A stretch of DNA of 64,000 nucleotides from a virus (Duplodnaviria > Caudoviricetes), in the IMG/VR virus record IMGVR_UViG_3300035502_000313, positions 128,001-192,000 of that record. One strand, written 5' to 3'. A program made the position numbers and the translations under genes. Positions 61,501 through 64,000 of the stretch are shown here, piece after piece. Each line of letters opens with the position of its first letter. The stretch's first letter is position 1. Below the pieces are notes generated by a model. It was not told the origin of the DNA and ran no database searches. It worked only from the letters and a program-made list of their open reading frames with translations.

Positions 61501-64000
61501 ATTTAAAGATTTTAACCTTAGTAAAGATACATATGGAAAGTTATGTGCTGAAGTTATTGATAAGATAGTATTATTACTAAATGGATTAGATGATGATTCA
61601 TTAAGTAAAGTTTTAACTAGTGCTGGAAAAATAGAAACAGGATTTTGGGCAAATGCTGGTTACACTACTCTAAAATATCTTACTTTTGGTGCTTATGATG
61701 GTGACCCATTTGTTGATGCATGGGATGACGGTTATAAAGGTCTTTCATATCTTGGTCTTGATAAAAAAGATGGATGGGAAAATACAAGTGTTGTAAAATG
61801 TATCGGTGGTATAGCTTCAGTATTTGTTAAGGCATGTGGTGGAGCTAACTTAAAATGGAAAATTATTGACATCGTAATTTCTGTATTTGGTAATGGTATG
61901 GCTGGAGATTCTATAGATGAAAATTCTAAGAAACTTGTAGAAAATAGCAATTCCAAAATATCAAATATTAATGATGCGTATGATTCAAATTTACACGGAA
62001 ATTCTGGTACAACATCTGTAAGTCTGTCATCGTCCGATTCGTCATCAACATCTACAGCAGAAGATGTAGTTGCAAATGCAAATGCTAATAGTAAATTATC
62101 AGCTATATCTGGATTGTACAACACAGCTAAATCAAACATGATTAACACTGCAGGTTTTATAGATGATAAGATAAGCAGTAGTCTATTTGGCGAAGTATAT
62201 AATAATGCTAAATCAACTGCATCTGGATTGTATAACACAGCTAAATCAAACTTAAAATCTACAGCATCAGGTTTATATAATACTGCTAAATCAAACATGA
62301 TTAACACTGCAGGTTTTATAGATGATAAATTAAGTAATAGTCCATTTGGTGGAATATACAATTATGATAAATCTGCTGCATCAGGATTATGGAACTTCTT
62401 TAAAGGAATATTTACTAATGCAGAAGCTAATAGTAACTTATCTCCTATAAATATGACATCAAACAATAAAGATAAAAATAGTGGTTCGTCAATAGGTAGA
62501 TTTCTAATGCTTATTCCTAATACTATTAATAATGCTATAACAAATATGACTGGTGATTTAAGTAAAATAGAAGATATGTTCTCTGGTCTAGTTAAAAAGA
62601 ATAAGAGTATAAATGATTCTATTGATTCTTTATCATTACTTCCTACAGATAAAAAATATTGGGATATCGAAGTAGATAATGATAACCCATTTGTAAGTGG
62701 ACTGTTTAAATTTGTTGAATCTATGAACAGAGTTGTTAAGGCACCATTCTCTTTGGCAGTTTCGTCATTAGGAAAGGGATTGTCTGCTGTTTCGTCTTCA
62801 TCATCAAACAGTAGTAGTTCTTCTTCATCTTCGTCATCAAGTGGATCAACAAATAGTAGTGATAGTTCTTCTAGTAGCAGTTCTAGTAGTAGTGGTGGTA
62901 TTTTATCTAAAATTGCTACTGGTGCTAAATCAATATTTAAAAAGGTTTCATCTGGTATAAAGAGCTTTTTTGGTTTTGGTAAAGGTAAAGATGATTATGA
63001 TGATACTGGTTATGGTGATGATCCTTTCCATATTTATCAAAGAGATTATAAAGGCTCATATAGAACTACTGGAGATTCAGAAAGTCAAACTATAGCAGAT
63101 TCAGGTTGTGGACCAGCTGCAGCAGCATCATTGTTAAGAATGTATGGCAAGAAGGGTGATATGCATAATGCTGTTAATTATGCTTTAAGTAATAAATATA
63201 AAGAAGTAGATGGTGGTACATATCCTCAATACTTTAATGATTACTTAAATAAGAACGGTATTAGTACAAACTCTAATGCAGATAATAATGATGTAGTAAA
63301 TAGTCTTATTCACAATAAGCCTGTTATCTTAATGGGACGTGATTCAAGTAATAGTGGTACAACGCCTTATGGATCTAAGTATTCTCACTATGTAGTAGCT
63401 AGAGGACTGGATTCAAATGGTAATGTTATAGTAGAAGATTCTGAAGATAAGAACGGTAGTACTAGATATAGTCTAGCAGATACTCTAAGAAATTCATCAG
63501 TAAGAATAACAACCGGTAATGGTAAATATGGTAGAGGTGCTACATCATCTATGGCTGAAAACTTTACCACAGGCGTTAGCTATACTGTAACATCAGCAGT
63601 TTCTAATATAGTATCTAATGCAGCAAATTCTGTGGCTGGACTATTAGGAAGTAGCTCTACATCATCTAGTACATCTAATGATGCATCTGCAAGCACTAAT
63701 GGCGTAGAAGGAAGTATTACTGCTGATACTGATGTTAAGACAAAATGTGGTTATACTGCTGATCAATTAAAAGCTGCTATTACATCAATTCATTCAGGAT
63801 GCAGTGCAGAACAATTCCCTGAACTTGCTATACAAGTTGAAAATTCTAAGGGTGTCAATGCATTATTTACAATAGCTGTAGCTATTAGTGAACATGGATG
63901 GGATGGTACAATTGGTGTTAATACTACCGGTGCAAACTGGGGTAACTATAACCCATTCAATATATCCGGTTCTCCTAACTCATCAAATGGAAGATGGAAA
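52541..64000 (+). CDS. giant tape-measure/tail-associated lysin (>=3820 codons, runs off the window), not in ORF track
   Basis: ATG after GAAAGGAGGAG and late promoter; frame still matches at the window end (...ISGSPNSSNGRWK); Gly-zipper TM segments at about 56220-56740; C39-like SGCGP...HYVVA at about 63030-63510; glucosaminidase-like GVNALFTIAVAISEHGW...NPFNI from about 63750. Confidence 0.85.
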   Translation, partial: MSVQVQKYIKNLGKSITYSAADVLNSKFEYINETKQENQEVFKEVYHSIKDYKNTFARVKKTITDNKVMDAARVGYNSVLYSITTGDFYAKQREAEVMEKYGGSFMQGFDMDDDDFDWDNDDLSTGDKVVATAIKKNSKIGTALTVEAISQTGKAQMDVSRENTMLLYTQNERMLNKLDNGFGNILGFLKQNGEQTAKVQNQMNENLNKFMTNVDNNITKLTKQMDELLEMQRNMYNPKKEEEKRKVGYDDMISRNGVLNIKEYSKHVKKNAFNTINDMSGGMLSYIFGDSLGQGSNLLAQFSANPFRTISETFINKALGKNFDRAAKELNTTLEGIVPSLIGKLNAASKKDDSGIMGFLGKIFGIKDGSRENIDTSRYNKGAIPFDGITKRAITDVIPYYLRKMTSVLTGEQEMIYDFQTGKWSSMKAVKAAHDNAVNSAKYSTANALTGIIESGLGGRRLSDSYKNKYDYDKIVKAIESLAGKLQNAGDFGSVDESLDIYERDVMKMLREAMRLDDGSGNDRRFTRNSKGKRISSGIQRSAIGGFNNMLRQNRLSQNNTIKSINNGDSILRIIESEGLASQSTENYQAKSFVNSHGDFDQNKIQQMPVTQALIRGRDEYGVTLYQYLRDMDLSLRYIKANSTYLGSLNSNENGESNKNNEEIVKHILKDGDIDFTKDKESQYIEKYFENMQNKNRRKEEDDWDKRISEARKRAAAKGEIYTLATSTDFESSNGDTGIANIMRNSSSKTAAKAKIAYTREQQKQEEERWKAIAGIIGQEEANKARANLDQYDSDKSIKDNMEKVKDKGFTASLMMFAKSLGNKIRNPGDAAADTIVKVDYWLQKLIYGEDLKDSENGRKSLFENMKDQFQKGIQGIRESIDKGFEKLKEKVSPLFKPLKELGKKIFGTKDENGFYQGGMIGSFIGGVQKGFRRNSSDFSGYIKNQYSDFKNRFTQDRPEPELSSKQKYDARRSEIMNKLNREAESENQIISGNALEKIANISAYRVKQSSVNNEKIDGDVKRAARKQAMIDELTRKIENQEASVISSEKSIASLKQQLQTKLYNNEDPGDLEKKLESQEKVLEKTKANLKNNKQKLAKIVNSTTKNKYMAVGGVNKTGKPFRSVLSAGELHNGNIVPKMGIYQINPGDTVINPAGAATRAKQANAERKYLANIRRNAEANDKLTPTDDTKTKDKDSDEQNKKKIQQLLTDTDWNSLSTKEQKKEYIGNVVSKGLIGGGLGLLVGGPLIGASIGAASALTKSTGSFASFLFGEAVTDKDGNIQVDDKGNVKRADNGLISQEIMKAVPDIKKYGLGGAIAGLLTPIGPLGGVLVGSALGFAKNSEIFQGSLFGEGGIFSEENKAKFKKGAKSMGIGAAIGAFTGGPFGLVGNALLGATAGYVTSTDKFKDFVLGEKDDPNNPESKRHGGVMGVLKSAVEPLKDFGKTLTNGILDAVFGKKNGENGKREGGLFGLVRKTIIDPLADGTKTMVNALNEKVRDIGFMAKKTWKKIQRKMAGNDGAGVFGEFGQKIAKGATKIAKGAIMAPLLPLMGGVKLAQKGIFNPIKRKSIRTGKASHMTARERLKARGELGMAEYDDYTLFDNSLTEMDNDSIQSLKDRLSVYVDGDDAAFKEQNNLFDSTGRELRDYISSKNANKIMKSLKKNDYREAERLIRTGNFKIEGGEANRGKLEAIIKKHKRKYSTIDERMAKANSASKLSSKVLKDEYGLDVDLNDPRDVDKVKRMLDRELIHNEAGLTEEDMEFDRMREFWSDDKSPLKTVNSGVEAVVKTLDNIYNEVKLGNEYDKLSDEEKSKYESREDYIQKNKATAEPDATQDKLNGKKSDSTNKHRKFSRVKMVQENPDKFSKTIKRIIEEALKLFDGKVMEEISDPNKIKIDIDKWKLENPDKDYNNEKLIRTNIIIDSLDQKYEFDCAYVCKQSGNNFSVEIAKNQSESFETCREDFANAYLDARMPKSAKGKGSYMSFKDMVKKTIKISGFFVAASIVPGGALVLGAKLAFMKIAKKRGWDKKLKNGIRRVKNDVKHVLGSHAIDSSSKRQQRKEKNYNAKAEKVLQKMIEKGDAQLDTIAQEKYKKNYSELTDDEKSAVNATFKERYVNNKIANQVTGHGLLGNIKAAPKALMGTLKSGIKNLTAGKIDKVKEKIQKQKEEDRFIGKLFNKLDKWKLGRDEKNFKGKKDSRLAKILKWLFIGGIAVPILVGFVKDKIMPAVHDKIQPWLKKAAQKLIGTKNEQTGEYEGGIIAGIVNPVRNFFKDKFQTISDWFHNKGKFTSPDTGFKGLIGNFKSAINYGITLWKDGTSTILNDCLPKVVEGIVANLPTILGAIGTGLINGIKDIFFGKKDGTGEQSLETVNASQMVDSTSSSSDNDSSSSSTGIKFNNTVGGTWVETVGGSSTKVGSYVDVVSLNSDIYQPTSRKTNDDGSTTLTNENTGESVTSEFIDDDSMVSAGTNKAGDKIYYKRTDVNRTQPYTKANDGEYVRMDKQSSVMLSSLQDNQSYADMVADNDAGDAGVTDSYTGTNPALEKTAYAGKVLTKAATSKSGAKGLSMAIKAGGKGVKIAGKMINLIPGTNVAGWATKKSLGKVGDKIVDSADDVSYKYYNFMQSKISKAVENSKVLSKVNNAGIKIKNAPKNIAEKAKNAIKNKMGKTAENATKNAAENAAEKAAKETAEKTAKEAAENVTKNAAESVMESSTKNAAKTGGTSFLAKSVKELFEKAKSKIIEWFAKLFKGSAVKEAAKNAGREITEETAEKLAKETGEKLVKECAEQGAEKIATVAGKNLVSSACDCSGIGVVINIAFAIADFLLGMDDARNILQITGDDIPLSYRFFAGLANTMQDIPIVGILLGCIGAKNIVYYLVEWFGDILFPEATEELKKRQEEAQQTLEQYNAQNNTNLTLEQYNNKKYATVSSTVSGWFSDAGSFLSGKDATVSEAMETRRNVADSNDTVTDIREKLESIASHMWEKQGDKFKDFNLSKDTYGKLCAEVIDKIVLLLNGLDDDSLSKVLTSAGKIETGFWANAGYTTLKYLTFGAYDGDPFVDAWDDGYKGLSYLGLDKKDGWENTSVVKCIGGIASVFVKACGGANLKWKIIDIVISVFGNGMAGDSIDENSKKLVENSNSKISNINDAYDSNLHGNSGTTSVSLSSSDSSSTSTAEDVVANANANSKLSAISGLYNTAKSNMINTAGFIDDKISSSLFGEVYNNAKSTASGLYNTAKSNLKSTASGLYNTAKSNMINTAGFIDDKLSNSPFGGIYNYDKSAASGLWNFFKGIFTNAEANSNLSPINMTSNNKDKNSGSSIGRFLMLIPNTINNAITNMTGDLSKIEDMFSGLVKKNKSINDSIDSLSLLPTDKKYWDIEVDNDNPFVSGLFKFVESMNRVVKAPFSLAVSSLGKGLSAVSSSSSNSSSSSSSSSSSGSTNSSDSSSSSSSSSSGGILSKIATGAKSIFKKVSSGIKSFFGFGKGKDDYDDTGYGDDPFHIYQRDYKGSYRTTGDSESQTIADSGCGPAAAASLLRMYGKKGDMHNAVNYALSNKYKEVDGGTYPQYFNDYLNKNGISTNSNADNNDVVNSLIHNKPVILMGRDSSNSGTTPYGSKYSHYVVARGLDSNGNVIVEDSEDKNGSTRYSLADTLRNSSVRITTGNGKYGRGATSSMAENFTTGVSYTVTSAVSNIVSNAANSVAGLLGSSSTSSSTSNDASASTNGVEGSITADTDVKTKCGYTADQLKAAITSIHSGCSAEQFPELAIQVENSKGVNALFTIAVAISEHGWDGTIGVNTTGANWGNYNPFNISGSPNSSNGRWK
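62126..62328 (+). repeat. 44-nt direct repeat (period 159 nt) within tape measure gene
   Basis: GCTAAATCAAACATGATTAACACTGCAGGTTTTATAGATGATAA at 62126 and 62285, plus SGLYNTAKS peptide repeats. Confidence 0.85.

Noticed and set aside
53395-63570. Many minus-strand and short plus-strand ORFs in the track
   Set aside because: Shadows of the giant plus-strand ORF; no RBS
1-64000. CRISPR array, tRNAs, reverse transcriptase/DGR, introns, inteins, stop-codon recoding, chimallin shell gene
   Set aside because: No spaced repeats, cloverleafs or such motifs seen; genes are uninterrupted in code 11 and TAA, TGA and TAG all act as stops; a divergent shell gene cannot be excluded without a search

Overview
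AT-rich (roughly 30% GC by eye), standard-code segment from the core of a jumbo myophage of the phiKZ/AR9(PBS1)-related type. The host is probably a Firmicute, judging by strong AAGGAGG RBSs, a CmpB-type membrane gene, and C39 peptidase/glucosaminidase tail domains. The window encodes three fragments of multisubunit RNA polymerase beta' from two paralogous enzymes (virion and non-virion) and a family B DNA polymerase split into two distant genes. It also encodes primase, an SF2 helicase, an ATP-cone gene start, a MYG1 exonuclease, major capsid, portal, tail sheath and tube, a gp25-like wedge, a tail fibre module, and a >3800-codon tape-measure/lytic ORF absent from the ORF track. Two phage promoter classes can be read directly: late AAC(A/T)-N6-TA, the AR9 consensus, and early TATATATTATA. 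The most unusual signals are non-coding. Four short promoter-to-terminator units lack a normal gene: two carry anti-Shine-Dalgarno motifs and two lock an SD in a stem or pseudoknot, suggesting a phage small-RNA layer of translational control. A likely -1 frameshift in a tail/baseplate chaperone and a shared UGUAAAG-type terminator loop on replication genes were also seen. All family assignments come from motif recognition; no searches were run.
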